A stretch of 64,000 nucleotides of DNA from an uncultured Gammaproteobacteria bacterium (GTDB taxonomy: Bacteria; Pseudomonadota; Gammaproteobacteria; CAKMZV01). This document shows, piece by piece, positions 51,277 to 60,748 of this stretch. The notes below the pieces were generated by a model, which saw only the letters and a list, made by a program, of their open reading frames with translations, was not told the DNA's origin and did not search any database. A program made the position numbers and the translations under genes. Numbering within the stretch: position 1 is the stretch's first letter; every line of letters starts with the position of its first letter. Location of the stretch: positions 3,194 through 67,193 of the forward strand of contig CAKMZV010000006.1 of assembly GCA_929200535.1 (NCBI GenBank). Direction: 5' to 3'.

Positions 51277-51954
51277 TTATAGAGGCGGTACCTCTATTTC
51301 TTGTACAGGATTTATTAGGAGTTTTTCTTTAACTGCTTCTAAGAGTGTGCTTTGGATGTTATCTTTGTTTTTTTTTGCAGAAAAATGAGCCATTCGGTGA
51401 TGATGTGCACATAATACCGATAAATTCCAAATACCATCTTCACCACCTTGGTATAAGGGGATGATATGGTGTACTTCAATATAAGGCTCTCCATTGGGTT
51501 TTTTAAAAGTATTTTGACAATTATCTAATAGGCAATGGCATCCAAAAACTTCTTTTGCTTGTTTTACCCAACGGGGGCTTCTTGCATACGTTTCAATAAG
51601 ATATTCTTTTTTATCAGGTTTGTCCTTATATGTGCTGATATTTAAGCCGTTTAAGTCTTTTTTTTCACAATCTAATAAGTCGGTTTGTGTCAGTGTGTAC
51701 CAGCCTTTATTGTTTTTCTCAAAAAGAAGAAATTGATGTTCATTTTGTAGCTCTTGCAGGAGTCTTCTGATGGTGGCTTGAGGCGTTTTACCTCCAATAT
51801 CAATTTGTGAGTAATCGTCATATTCACTATGTAATTCTTTTAAGGAAAAAGTACGGCTACTTACTTTATTGCATAATTTGATTATCAAAGGTTTTAGTTT
51901 TTCTGCCTGATTTATGCGGTTTGCCATTGGGATTATCGTAGTTTCATTGAACAT
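51277..51954 (-). CDS. McrA-like HNH endonuclease with an N-terminal winged-helix-like domain (putative type IV restriction enzyme)
   Basis: The C-terminal CHCLLDNCQNTFKKPNGEPYIEVHHIIPLYQGGEDGIWNLSVLCAHHHRMAHF closely parallels the EcoKMcrA HNH region. The N-terminal TPQATIRRLLQELQNEHQFLLFEKNNKGWYTLT looks like a wH recognition domain. Confidence 0.7.
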   Translation of the reverse strand: MFNETTIIPMANRINQAEKLKPLIIKLCNKVSSRTFSLKELHSEYDDYSQIDIGGKTPQATIRRLLQELQNEHQFLLFEKNNKGWYTLTQTDLLDCEKKDLNGLNISTYKDKPDKKEYLIETYARSPRWVKQAKEVFGCHCLLDNCQNTFKKPNGEPYIEVHHIIPLYQGGEDGIWNLSVLCAHHHRMAHFSAKKNKDNIQSTLLEAVKEKLLINPVQEIEVPPL

Positions 51955-52010
51955 TTATAATGCAAAAAAGATAGCTATCATATAAGCCTTTTTTTTAATT
52001 CTAACGTATT

Positions 52011-52337
52011 TTAGATTGCTAAGTATGGCACCAGATAGTTTGCCACTAAGGCGTAGGTGAGCATGCTTAGGGCAAGGGTGATAATCATATTTTTACCGAT
52101 GATGTGGGTGATGGTGGCAACGGTTAGGGGGATGGTTTTCCAGAGTTCGGGGCTTTCTAAGGTGTTGCCGAAGGTGGAGAATAGGGCGAGGCAGAAGAAG
52201 ATTAGGCCGGGGGCGTAGCGGTTAATGTGGTTTGCCCATTCTTGTTGCAGTTGTTTTTCGGTGAGGATAAAGCCAGATAGTCGCAAGCCAATATTGATTA
52301 GGCTTAGGATGATGATGAGTAGGGTAATATCATTCAT
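52011..52337 (-). CDS. azlD: branched-chain amino acid transport protein AzlD
   Basis: 108 aa with 3-4 TM helices. It overlaps the upstream azlC-like gene. Confidence 0.65.
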   Translation of the reverse strand: MNDITLLIIILSLINIGLRLSGFILTEKQLQQEWANHINRYAPGLIFFCLALFSTFGNTLESPELWKTIPLTVATITHIIGKNMIITLALSMLTYALVANYLVPYLAI

Positions 52338-53037
52338 CGCTGTGTTGCTGGTGCTTGTGTTGAGGTTGATTTTTTGGGAATTTTTTTTGCATTAGAAGTA
52401 GGATGATAATTCCACAGAATATGGCAATTGATAGGGCAAAATCACTTTCAAGTTGAGATGAGATAAGCCAGCATAATAAGCCGATAATTAGGGGGATTGA
52501 GCTTTTGTTTTGCTGATAGATTTCAACGGTAAATACGATAAAAAGAGCGGCGAGGGCAAAGTCAAACCCGTAGCGTGTAATATCCAAGGATAGGCTAAGA
52601 GAAAAGCCGATAATATTGCCAGATAACCAATATAAAAAATTTAACAGGCAGAGTTTAAAGATGCTATTTTCATTAAGTTTTTTGATGTTTTGAATAATCA
52701 ATCCCCATGATTCGTCAGTGAGCAGGTGAATATTAAGAAGACGTTTGAATGGTTTTTGTTGGTTAATGAGAGAGCGTGTATGTAGGGAATAGAAAACAAA
52801 GCGCGCATTAACAATAAGGATAACGATAATAATGCTAAGCATCGGAGCATTTTCTGCCAGCATCGATAGGGAGATAAATTGGGCTGTGCCTGAATAGACA
52901 AATACGCACATTAAAATCACCTCCCATAAGGTTAAGCCCACTTGGTTGGCAATAGCGCCACAAGCAATGCCGGCACTAATGTAGCCGAACATCACGGGTA
53001 AGCAGAGCTTAGCAATGCTAAAAAAGGAGCGGCTCAC
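52330..53037 (-). CDS. azlC: AzlC-family branched-chain amino acid permease subunit
   Basis: 235 aa polytopic protein with the AzlC-like pattern (GAIA...G, SGTAQF). GTG start. Confidence 0.7.
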   Translation of the reverse strand: MSRSFFSIAKLCLPVMFGYISAGIACGAIANQVGLTLWEVILMCVFVYSGTAQFISLSMLAENAPMLSIIIVILIVNARFVFYSLHTRSLINQQKPFKRLLNIHLLTDESWGLIIQNIKKLNENSIFKLCLLNFLYWLSGNIIGFSLSLSLDITRYGFDFALAALFIVFTVEIYQQNKSSIPLIIGLLCWLISSQLESDFALSIAIFCGIIILLLMQKKFPKNQPQHKHQQHSDE

Positions 53038-53099
53038 TAAGGGTGAAGCAAGAGACTTTGAGGTCTCATTGTGGGCTTATCGAATTGGATTGGAGGTGA

Positions 53100-53480
53100 T
53101 TAGGCAAGCCGTGCCGTCACTTCAATTTCTATTTTCATTTTATCATCGAGTAACCCGGCGATGAATACTGTAGCAGCAGGTTTGGCTTTTCCAAGATATT
53201 GCTTGAACACATCCCAGCAAGGTTGAAAATCTTCTTTATTCGGAAGAATATAGTTTACTCGGACAACATTCTCTAAGCTTGAGCCTGCTTCAAGAAGAAC
53301 TTTTTCAATGTTTTTAAAGCATTGTTCTGCTTGTGATGCAACATCGTCTGAAATCGTCATTGTGCTGTAATCATAGCCTGTTGTGCCAGAAACAAAGACA
53401 TAGTTGTCATCAACAACAGCACGTGAGTAGCCTATTTTTTCTTCAAATTCAGAACCGCTTGAAATGTTTTTATGTGTCAT
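53100..53480 (-). CDS. RidA/YjgF/UK114-family protein
   Basis: 126 aa. YSRAVVDDNYVFVSGT...A.Q....N...L...G and a C-terminal ...IEIEVTA. Confidence 0.8.
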   Translation of the reverse strand: MTHKNISSGSEFEEKIGYSRAVVDDNYVFVSGTTGYDYSTMTISDDVASQAEQCFKNIEKVLLEAGSSLENVVRVNYILPNKEDFQPCWDVFKQYLGKAKPAATVFIAGLLDDKMKIEIEVTARLA

Positions 53481-53520
53481 AGTGTTTTTTTATGTTATGT
53501 TGTTAGAGAGGTGGTGTAGT

Positions 53521-55128
53521 TTAGCCAATCGCTTTGCGTTCGATAGCTGCTTTTTGGAGGCTAAGCCTGCATTGGAATAGTTTTTTATTTTTCCAATGTT
53601 GTAGGCTATCAGCAAGATGTTTTTCGTGTACTTCATTGGCTTGTGGTTCTATACCAAAGACATCTTTAATAATCGCTTTGCGTTGTTGTACAAATTTAGT
53701 AAGTCCTTGAAAACCATAGGTTTCTTCTGCTTGAGCTGTAATTTTTTCACTGCTTAATTCAAGGTCTTTTTGATAGGTCGCACTTAAAATCGGGTGAATA
53801 CTATCTAAGTATTGAGGGTATTGTTTTTGCATTGTTTTTAAATAGCTTGCCCCATAGAGGGTGCCGCTACCCAGTCCAATGCTGAGTAGTCCAAATACGT
53901 GTGAGATAGCACGGTGGAAACGAAATTTTTTTCCAGCAATGAGTTTATCACGTCCAGCCCCACCAGTGCTTATGCCAACTCGATTTCTTCTCATTGGGGC
54001 ATTGACATTTTTAAGGGCAAGTAACATTGGTAAGGATAAACCATCGGCAGAATGTAGTAGTAAATCGTTCCAGTATTCTTTTTCTGCTTCGCCTTGCAGA
54101 TGTCGGTAATCTACAGCATTTTCCGGCGAAACATCGTGTACGATAGTTTGAATATCTTGTAGATGAGTTTCTTGTGAGCGGATAATTTCATCGTAGAGAT
54201 GGGTTATATCCGTTTCGCCATAATCAAAGGTCATCGCGGATTGGATGGTGATTTGTGAAGCGGGTAAGTTTTTTAGAAGATTACAGATATTTTCAGGTGT
54301 TTGCAGACCTCTAAAGGGAAGGGTTCCACCGCCAAGAATGGGTAAAATGGTGGTATTTTTTTCTGCGGCATAGCGGTAAATTTCAGCAAGTGCATAACGT
54401 AGGCTAATCATAGTAGCAATGGTGCCGCTTTCCATACTGGTATCGCTCATTGCCAGCATTACGCGGGTATATTCTTCAAAGCTATCGCCGCGCAGAGCAT
54501 CAATATGTGTGAGTACATTTTCACGAATATTTACCAGTGCATTGGTATTTTCAATGAGTGGCACTAATTTGATGCCACTAAGGTCTTTATGTATATCAGG
54601 AAAGGCTTTACGCAGAGCACTAATGGTTGCACGTGCGGATTTTAAAACGCGTTTGTCACTCACTTGCGGGATAATCAAATCCCGAATAGGAGGGATATGG
54701 GATGTGCGATTAAGGATATTGTTGGCAGCGGCAATGCCGAGGAGTATCTCACGAAATCGATAGGGGTTGCCTTGGCTAAGTTCAGCAATATCACAGGATC
54801 TGGGCATCAATTTAATGGTTGTTTGCTCATCAATTAATGCTTCAATCATTTTTGCAAGGATACGACTATCGGTTGATTTACGCTCATAATCAACCATTAA
54901 GTGACTGCGTTCATTTTTTAATTTTCCAGAAATTTTGTGATAATACACAGCCTCTTGAATTTCCATATCATCAGTAAAGGCACAATCCACACGATTTTCA
55001 TCAGAAACAGGTGCATTTTCATCATCAAAATGTGTGATAGCAAGGGCATTATCTGGATGAAAGGTTTTAAGCACCAAGCTTTTGCTATCGGAAATATTAC
55101 CTCGATATAGGTATTCTAAATTATTCAT
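53521..55128 (-). CDS. archaeal-type phosphoenolpyruvate carboxylase (PepcA)
   Basis: 535 aa. The blocks IKLVPLIENTNALVNI, RVMLAMSDTSMESG and ILPILGGGTLPFRG, with the C-terminal ...RKAIG, parallel Clostridium perfringens/Sulfolobus PepcA as I recall them (IIPLVEDVPALVNI, IMIARSDTAMSYG, ISPILGCGSLPFRG, ...RGSIG). Confidence 0.75.
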   Translation of the reverse strand: MNNLEYLYRGNISDSKSLVLKTFHPDNALAITHFDDENAPVSDENRVDCAFTDDMEIQEAVYYHKISGKLKNERSHLMVDYERKSTDSRILAKMIEALIDEQTTIKLMPRSCDIAELSQGNPYRFREILLGIAAANNILNRTSHIPPIRDLIIPQVSDKRVLKSARATISALRKAFPDIHKDLSGIKLVPLIENTNALVNIRENVLTHIDALRGDSFEEYTRVMLAMSDTSMESGTIATMISLRYALAEIYRYAAEKNTTILPILGGGTLPFRGLQTPENICNLLKNLPASQITIQSAMTFDYGETDITHLYDEIIRSQETHLQDIQTIVHDVSPENAVDYRHLQGEAEKEYWNDLLLHSADGLSLPMLLALKNVNAPMRRNRVGISTGGAGRDKLIAGKKFRFHRAISHVFGLLSIGLGSGTLYGASYLKTMQKQYPQYLDSIHPILSATYQKDLELSSEKITAQAEETYGFQGLTKFVQQRKAIIKDVFGIEPQANEVHEKHLADSLQHWKNKKLFQCRLSLQKAAIERKAIG

Positions 55129-55199
55129 GAAAGTAGCTGGAATAAAAAATTAATATGAAATGAATATTATACTCTTGTTGAAAATATGGAACAAAAGAA

Positions 55200-55341
55200 G
55201 AGACCTTTGCATAAAAGTATGGCACAAAAAACGTTTTCACTCTTGGCAAGTTTACGAGCCTTAGAGTAACAGCGTTTGAACCGTTTGCGGATAAAAATCA
55301 GGACGTTTTTTTACTTGTCATATCTTTTGTGCAAAGGTCTC
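55200..55341 (-). mobile_element. MITE-like repeat, third variant (142 bp; has the 66-bp module, lacks the central hairpin), copy 8
   Basis: Both termini are intact (GAGACCTTTGCATAAAAGTATGGCAC ... CTTGTCATATCTTTTGTGCAAAGGTCTC). It is flanked by GAA on both sides. Confidence 0.8.
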
Positions 55342-55540
55342 GAAGTGGAAGCTGATAAAAATGAACAAAAGAAGTGAGTAATATTCTATTATTTCATTGC
55401 ATGAGTTTTTCACTCAACAAAAAATAAATTTTTTGTGAATAAATTCAATAATTTCAATAAGATATATTTTTTTAATGAGGGATTATTAAAAAAATTTTTA
55501 TTTTATGGTTTTTTTTCTATTAAAATGATTAATAGATTGA

Positions 55541-55604
55541 TTTTGTAAAAAATACAACATATTCCTAAGTGAAATTTGAGTGTATTTTTTACAAAACTTT
55601 TTTT
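55541..55604 (+). promoter_or_regulatory. perfect 16-bp inverted repeat (24-nt spacer) followed by T7; operator or leader terminator upstream of mcl
   Basis: TTTTGTAAAAAATACA (55541-55556) / TGTATTTTTTACAAAA (55581-55596), then CTTTTTTT. It lies about 130-190 bp upstream of the 55732 start. Confidence 0.4.
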
Positions 55605-55731
55605 GTCTTGTACTAATTTTATTAATTTTTAAATGGTACAGGCTCCGTGCACTTTAAAACTTACAGGTACCTTATTTGTGAGTTTGCGAGTGTGTTTTTT
55701 GTTGAATTGTCATTAAAATTCGGAGACAGAA

Positions 55732-56682
55732 ATGAGTTTTACACAATACACTCAGGCGACTCCTCGCCTACAACGTAGTGAGCTGGCAGTACCTGGCTCA
55801 AGTCCTAGTATGTTTACAAAGGCTTCTCAATGTGAGGCAGACTTTGTTTTTCTTGATTGTGAAGATGCGGTTGTTCCAGATGATAAACCGCAGGCACGCA
55901 AAAATATTATCGAAGCCCTTAATGACCTTGATTGGTCAGGCAAAACAATGTCGGTGCGTATTAATGGTTTGGATACGCATTATGCGTATCGCGATATTGT
56001 TGATATTGTCGAGCAAGCCGGGCAACATTTACAAACTATCTTAATCCCTAAAGTTGGCACAGCTGCTGATGTTTATGCGGTTGATATGATGGTCACACAA
56101 ATTGAACAAGCGGTTGGTATTAAACATCGGATTGGCTTGGAATGTTTGATTGAGACTGCATTGGGTGGTGCGAATGTGATGTCAATTGCACAAGCGAGCC
56201 CTCGCCTTGAAGCATTGCATTTTGGCGTTGCTGATTATGCGGCAAGTATGCGTGCAAGAACAACGAATATTGGGGGTTTAAACCCAGATTATCAGTGCGA
56301 TGGTGCTTTGGGCGATCAATGGCATTCGGCATTGGTACAAATTGCCACGGCGTGTCGTGCTTTTGGTTTGCGAGCAATTGATGGACCTTTTGGTGATTTT
56401 AATGATCCTGATGGTTATCGTGCTGCGGCAAGGCGTGTGGCAGCTCTTGGCTATGAGGGTAAATGGGCAATTCACCCATCACAAATTGCATTGGCAAATG
56501 AAATAATGTCTCCACCTGAAAAAGAAGTGGAGCGTGCCAGACGTATTCTTGAAGCTCTTGATGAGGCCGCTAAGGCGGGTAAAGGAGCGGCTCAATTAGA
56601 TGGCAAGATGATTGATATTGCTTCTGAAAGAATGGCACGTGGCATTCTTCAGCAAGCTGAGCAAATCTCTCAAAAGGCTTAA
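55732..56682 (+). CDS. mcl: L-malyl-CoA/beta-methylmalyl-CoA lyase (HpcH/CitE-like)
   Basis: Near-colinear similarity to Methylorubrum extorquens MclA as I recall it (MSFT..QATPRL.RSELAVPGS, ARKNII.ALNDLDWG.KTM..RINGLDTHY.YRD, DGPFGDF.DPDGY..AARR.AALG.EGKWAIHPSQI). Confidence 0.85.
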   Translation: MSFTQYTQATPRLQRSELAVPGSSPSMFTKASQCEADFVFLDCEDAVVPDDKPQARKNIIEALNDLDWSGKTMSVRINGLDTHYAYRDIVDIVEQAGQHLQTILIPKVGTAADVYAVDMMVTQIEQAVGIKHRIGLECLIETALGGANVMSIAQASPRLEALHFGVADYAASMRARTTNIGGLNPDYQCDGALGDQWHSALVQIATACRAFGLRAIDGPFGDFNDPDGYRAAARRVAALGYEGKWAIHPSQIALANEIMSPPEKEVERARRILEALDEAAKAGKGAAQLDGKMIDIASERMARGILQQAEQISQKA

Positions 56683-56772
56683 TAAGTACTCTTTTCAAAG
56701 AGGCTCTATTGGAGAGTTTTCTTTGGATACGCTTATCTATTACTTTCAAATACACAAAAATAACAAAAGATT

Positions 56773-57951
56773 ATGAATATTCACGAATATCAAGCAAAAG
56801 AAATTCTCTCCGAGTATGGGGTTTCTATACCCGTTGGTTATCTCGCTTATAGTCCAGAGCAAGCCAGTTATCGTGCGACTGAAATTGGCGGAGAGGGCTG
56901 GTTAGTAAAGGCTCAAATTCATTCTGGAGCAAGAGGCAAGGCAGGAGGTATTAAGTTTTGCTCTTCTGAGGATGAGGTTTGTCAAGCTGCAAATGATCTG
57001 TTGGGAGCGAAGTTGGTCACTCATCAAACTGGAGAGGGGGGTAAGGTGTGCCATCGTTTATATATTGAAGCAGCGTGTAATATCGCAAAAGAAATTTATT
57101 TAGCTTTTGTTTTGGATCGCTCTAAAGAATGTATTACGGTGGTAGTTTCTGCTGAGGGTGGTATGGATATTGAGCAACTTGCGGTGGAAAAACCAGAGGC
57201 AATTATTCGTGTTGAAGTGGAAACAGCTGTTGGAATACAACCGTTCCAAACCCGTGAAATTGCTTTTGCTTTAGGCTTAGAAAAAGCACAAATAACGCAG
57301 ATGAGTCAATTGCTTACGGGCTGTTATAAAGCGATGACAGATTGGGATGCCAGTATGTTAGAGATTAATCCGCTTGCGGTGACGGCAGGGGGTTCTTTGC
57401 AGGCGTTAGATGCCAAAATGCAGTTTGATGAAAATGCATTGTTCCGCCATTCAAGAATTTCTGAATTACGTGATAAATCTCAAGAAGAACCACGAGAAAT
57501 GCGCGCTTCTGATAGGGGCTTAAGTTATGTCGGGTTGGATGGCGCTATTGGTTGTATCATTAACGGCGCTGGGTTGGCAATGGCGACGATGGATATGATT
57601 AAATACGCCGGTGGTGAGCCTGCTAATTTTTTAGATATTGGGGGCGGTGCTTCACCAGAAAGAACGGCTAAGGCTTTTAATCTTGTTCTCTCGGATGATA
57701 ATGTGAAAGTTGTGTTAGTCAATATTTTTGCAGGCATTAACCGTTGTGATTGGGTAGCTGAAGGGGTAGTTATGGCAATGAAAAAAATTGATATGAAAGC
57801 CCCGCTTATTGTTCGCCTTTCAGGCACTAATGTTGAGAAAGGACGAAAAATAATAGAGGAGAGCAATTTGCCAATTATTCTTGCGGATACATTGGCAGAA
57901 GCGGCTGAAAAGGCCGTGAGTGAGTGGAAAAAAATAACTCAAGCTGCATAA
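56773..57951 (+). CDS. mtkA: malate--CoA ligase (malate thiokinase) beta/large subunit; member of the succinyl-CoA-synthetase beta family
   Basis: ATP-grasp SucC-like fold. The blocks [18 protein letters not shown] and [18 protein letters not shown] match my memory of MtkA better than E. coli SucC (VNIFGGIVRCDLIADGII). It sits between mcl and sga, not with sucAB. Confidence 0.65.
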   Translation: MNIHEYQAKEILSEYGVSIPVGYLAYSPEQASYRATEIGGEGWLVKAQIHSGARGKAGGIKFCSSEDEVCQAANDLLGAKLVTHQTGEGGKVCHRLYIEAACNIAKEIYLAFVLDRSKECITVVVSAEGGMDIEQLAVEKPEAIIRVEVETAVGIQPFQTREIAFALGLEKAQITQMSQLLTGCYKAMTDWDASMLEINPLAVTAGGSLQALDAKMQFDENALFRHSRISELRDKSQEEPREMRASDRGLSYVGLDGAIGCIINGAGLAMATMDMIKYAGGEPANFLDIGGGASPERTAKAFNLVLSDDNVKVVLVNIFAGINRCDWVAEGVVMAMKKIDMKAPLIVRLSGTNVEKGRKIIEESNLPIILADTLAEAAEKAVSEWKKITQAA

Positions 57952-57973
57952 TCAATCGTATAGGAGAATTAAA

Positions 57974-58855
57974 ATGGCAATTTTACTTGATGAAAAAACA
58001 AAAATTTTAGTACAAGGTTTTACTGGTAGTATTGGTACCTTCCACGCTCAGGAAATGATTGAATATGGTTCTAAGGTGGTTGGTGGGGTTACTCCTGGAA
58101 AAGGAGGAGAAAGTCACCTTAACCGTCCTGTATTTAACTCAATGAAAGAGGCGGTAGAGCAAACAGGTGCAACGGCAAGTATTGTTTTTGTGCCACCACC
58201 CTTTGCCGCGGATAGTATTATGGAGGCGGCAGATGCCGGTATTCGTTTTTGTGTCACTGTAACAGATGGGATTCCTGCTCAGGATATGATTAAGGTAAAA
58301 CGTTATATGAGGCGTTACCGAAAAGAAGAAAGAATGGTTTTGACAGGTCCTAATTGTGCTGGCACTATTAGCCCTGGAAAAAGTATGATGGGCATTATGC
58401 CTGGACATATTTATATGCCGGGCAATATTGGCATTATCGGACGCTCTGGTACCTTGGGTTATGAAGCCGCCTCGCAAATGAAAGAAATTGGCATTGGCGT
58501 ATCTACCAGTGTAGGTATTGGTGGTGATGTCATAAATGGCAGCTCGTTCAAAGATCATCTTGAATTTTTTGAAGAGGATCCAGAAACTAAGGCTATCATT
58601 ATGATTGGTGAAATTGGCGGACCTCAAGAAGTTGATGCTGCGTTATGGGCAAAAGATAATTTAAGTAAACCATTGATTGGTTATATCGCAGGCTTGACTG
58701 CCCCTAAAGGACGACGGATGGGGCATGCTGGAGCTATTATTAATACCGTTGGTGAAGGTGCGGCAGAGAAGGTAGAGGTACTTAAGGAATGTGGAGTGAC
58801 TGTCGTTCCTCATCCATCAGCATTTGCTGAGGTGGTTCAAAAAGTTATTTCTTAA
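57974..58855 (+). CDS. mtkB: malate--CoA ligase alpha/small subunit (SucD family)
   Basis: CoA-binding N-terminus VQGFTGSIGTFH and the phospho-histidine loop MGHAGAII. The mtkB call comes from operon context. Confidence 0.6.
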   Translation: MAILLDEKTKILVQGFTGSIGTFHAQEMIEYGSKVVGGVTPGKGGESHLNRPVFNSMKEAVEQTGATASIVFVPPPFAADSIMEAADAGIRFCVTVTDGIPAQDMIKVKRYMRRYRKEERMVLTGPNCAGTISPGKSMMGIMPGHIYMPGNIGIIGRSGTLGYEAASQMKEIGIGVSTSVGIGGDVINGSSFKDHLEFFEEDPETKAIIMIGEIGGPQEVDAALWAKDNLSKPLIGYIAGLTAPKGRRMGHAGAIINTVGEGAAEKVEVLKECGVTVVPHPSAFAEVVQKVIS

Positions 58856-58887
58856 TTCTAATAATCATAAATTATAATAATAATAAT

Positions 58888-60009
58888 ATGCAATCTTATA
58901 ATATTACCAAACGAACGTTGATGGGACCCGGTCCCTCAGATGTTCACCCACGTATTTTATCTGCTCTATCAAAACCAACTATTGGGCATTTGGATCCACA
59001 GTTTATTACAATGATGGATGAGATAAAATCAATGTTGCAATATGCTTTTCAAACCAAAAATTCTTTAACAATGGCAGTTTCTGCTCCGGGCTCGGCAGGA
59101 ATGGAAACTTGCTTTGTTAATCTGATTGAACCGGGTGATAAAGTGGTGGTTTGTATCAACGGTGTATTTGGTAATCGAATGAAGGAAAATGTCGAGCGTT
59201 ATGGTGGTGAATGTATTGTGATTAATGATACGTGGGGCGAGGTAGTTAACCCACAAAAAGTTGAAGATACCCTCAAGCAACATTCTGACGCTAAAATTTT
59301 AGCCTTTGTACATGCAGAAACTTCTACTGGTGCTCAATCAGATGCCAAAACACTCTGTGAAATCGCTCGTAAATACGATTGCTTAACTATTGTTGATGCC
59401 GTAACCTCTCTTGCTGGAAGCCCGTTAAAATTAGATGAATGGGGTATTGATGCGATTTATTCGGGTACTCAAAAGTGCCTTTCTTGTGTGCCAGGTTTAT
59501 CACCCATCAGCTTAAGCGATAAAGCAGTAGAATGTATTAAAAATCGCAAGACCAAAGTGGTTAGCTGGTTTTTAGATCTTAGCTTAGTAATGGCATACTG
59601 GGGTGATGGAAATGCGAATGCCTCTGCACCACGCTCCTACCACCATACCGCACCAATCAATGCTCTGTACGGACTACACGAAGCCTTAGTTTTGCTTAAA
59701 GAGGAAGGTTTAGAAAACGCTTGGAAAAGGCACTGGGAAAACCATCTATTGTTAAAAAATCAGTTAGAAGAAATGGGAATGGAATTTGTCGTTAAAGAAG
59801 GCGATAGACTCCCCCAACTAAATTCGGTGTGGATTCCCCAAGGGAAAGATGATGGAGCAATCCGCAAACGCCTACTCAATGAATACAACATAGAAATCGG
59901 GGCAGGCTTAGCAGATTTCGCTGGTAAGGTCTGGCGTATTGGTTTAATGGGCTACGCCTCACATCCTACAAACGTTCTCTTAGTCACCTCTGCATTAAAA
60001 AATATGTAG
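58888..60009 (+). CDS. sga: serine--glyoxylate / alanine--glyoxylate aminotransferase (class V PLP enzyme)
   Basis: [17 protein letters not shown]-lysine region YSGTQKCL, 373 aa. It is the last gene of the mcl-mtkAB cluster. Confidence 0.65.
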   Translation: MQSYNITKRTLMGPGPSDVHPRILSALSKPTIGHLDPQFITMMDEIKSMLQYAFQTKNSLTMAVSAPGSAGMETCFVNLIEPGDKVVVCINGVFGNRMKENVERYGGECIVINDTWGEVVNPQKVEDTLKQHSDAKILAFVHAETSTGAQSDAKTLCEIARKYDCLTIVDAVTSLAGSPLKLDEWGIDAIYSGTQKCLSCVPGLSPISLSDKAVECIKNRKTKVVSWFLDLSLVMAYWGDGNANASAPRSYHHTAPINALYGLHEALVLLKEEGLENAWKRHWENHLLLKNQLEEMGMEFVVKEGDRLPQLNSVWIPQGKDDGAIRKRLLNEYNIEIGAGLADFAGKVWRIGLMGYASHPTNVLLVTSALKNM

Positions 60010-60016
60010 AGGACAT

Positions 60017-60070
60017 CTCCATTCCTTTTCCTGTGGAAGGGAGTGGGGAGAAGCTGTTTTGGCAAAACAG
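60017..60070 (+). terminator. two tandem hairpins after sga (no clear T-run)
   Basis: CTCCATTCC-N9-GGAAGGGAG and CTGTTTT-GGC-AAAACAG. Confidence 0.3.
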
Positions 60071-60185
60071 GGTATATAGGTGTTTGGGCAAGGTGTATAA
60101 GTTCAGAAACCTTGATTCTTTTGGTTTATAATTTAACACGGTAACCTTCTTAATCAATCAAACACTATAATTTTCACAAATCACT

Positions 60186-60662
60186 ATGAATCGCCCTATC
60201 ATAATCGCTACCGTCAGTTGGGTATTTGCCCTATGGACTTCTTATATTTTTGTCGGCTCTTTGTTTTATAAATTTTCAGGAGCTGCCGAGCCTGTGCATA
60301 TTTTTGGTACTATTGGTAGCTGGATGAGTGGTTTTTTGGGTGAATTTATTGGTAATGGGTTTGCAAATTATGGGGCTTATTTAGTCGGTATATTTGAGTT
60401 AATTACTGCGATGGTTTTATTGAGCCCTATCATTATGCGCGATAAACGCCGACAAATGCATTGTATGGGTGCATTAATGTCGGTATTCGTTATGTTTGGA
60501 GCTATCTTTTTTCATTTATTTACGCCACTTGGTTGGATAGTCACTTGGACTGAAAATGGCGTTGTGCAAATGGATAAGGGACTTGCAAATGCAGCGTTAT
60601 CGATTCTTATTTGTGGTTTAGTTGTTATTGCACTAAATAAAACACCTCTTCGTAAATACTGA
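60186..60662 (+). CDS. DoxX-like small membrane protein
   Basis: 158 aa with 4 TM helices and general DoxX-family appearance. This is a weak call. Confidence 0.4.
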   Translation: MNRPIIIATVSWVFALWTSYIFVGSLFYKFSGAAEPVHIFGTIGSWMSGFLGEFIGNGFANYGAYLVGIFELITAMVLLSPIIMRDKRRQMHCMGALMSVFVMFGAIFFHLFTPLGWIVTWTENGVVQMDKGLANAALSILICGLVVIALNKTPLRKY

Positions 60663-60748
60663 TATTAATATGATTGCTCAGGGAAAACTTATGTTTCTAA
60701 CATAAGTTTTCTTCAGAGGTAACGCACTTAAAACGACAAGGTATATTT

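Noticed and set aside
53052-53067. GAGACTTTGAGGTCTC upstream of azlC, which looks like two repeat termini fused (a possible excision footprint).
   Set aside because: It is only 16 bp, with 5-bp arms identical to the repeat tips. That is too short to distinguish from chance or from a small hairpin.
55185-55374. Longer direct similarity flanking repeat copy 8 (ATGGAACAAAAGAAG on the left versus ATGAACAAAAGAAG 19 bp beyond the right end), considered as a displaced target-site duplication.
   Set aside because: The right-hand copy is not adjacent to the element terminus. The sequence is A-rich and low-complexity, and the simple 3-bp GAA duplication explains the immediate flanks.
58139-58627. 162-aa antisense ORF inside mtkB, and similar shadow ORFs (e.g. 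37815-38132, 12019-12345, 28508-28849, 57525-57866).
   Set aside because: Each lies entirely within, and antisense to or out of frame with, a strongly supported CDS. Their compositions are low-complexity, typical of shadow frames.
56773-58855. Reading the two ligase genes as ordinary TCA-cycle sucC/sucD.
   Set aside because: They are not linked to sucAB/sdh. They sit between a malyl-CoA lyase and a glyoxylate aminotransferase, and the large subunit's [14 protein letters not shown] block fits my memory of MtkA better than SucC. The question is kept open in the findings because only phylogeny or assays can settle it.
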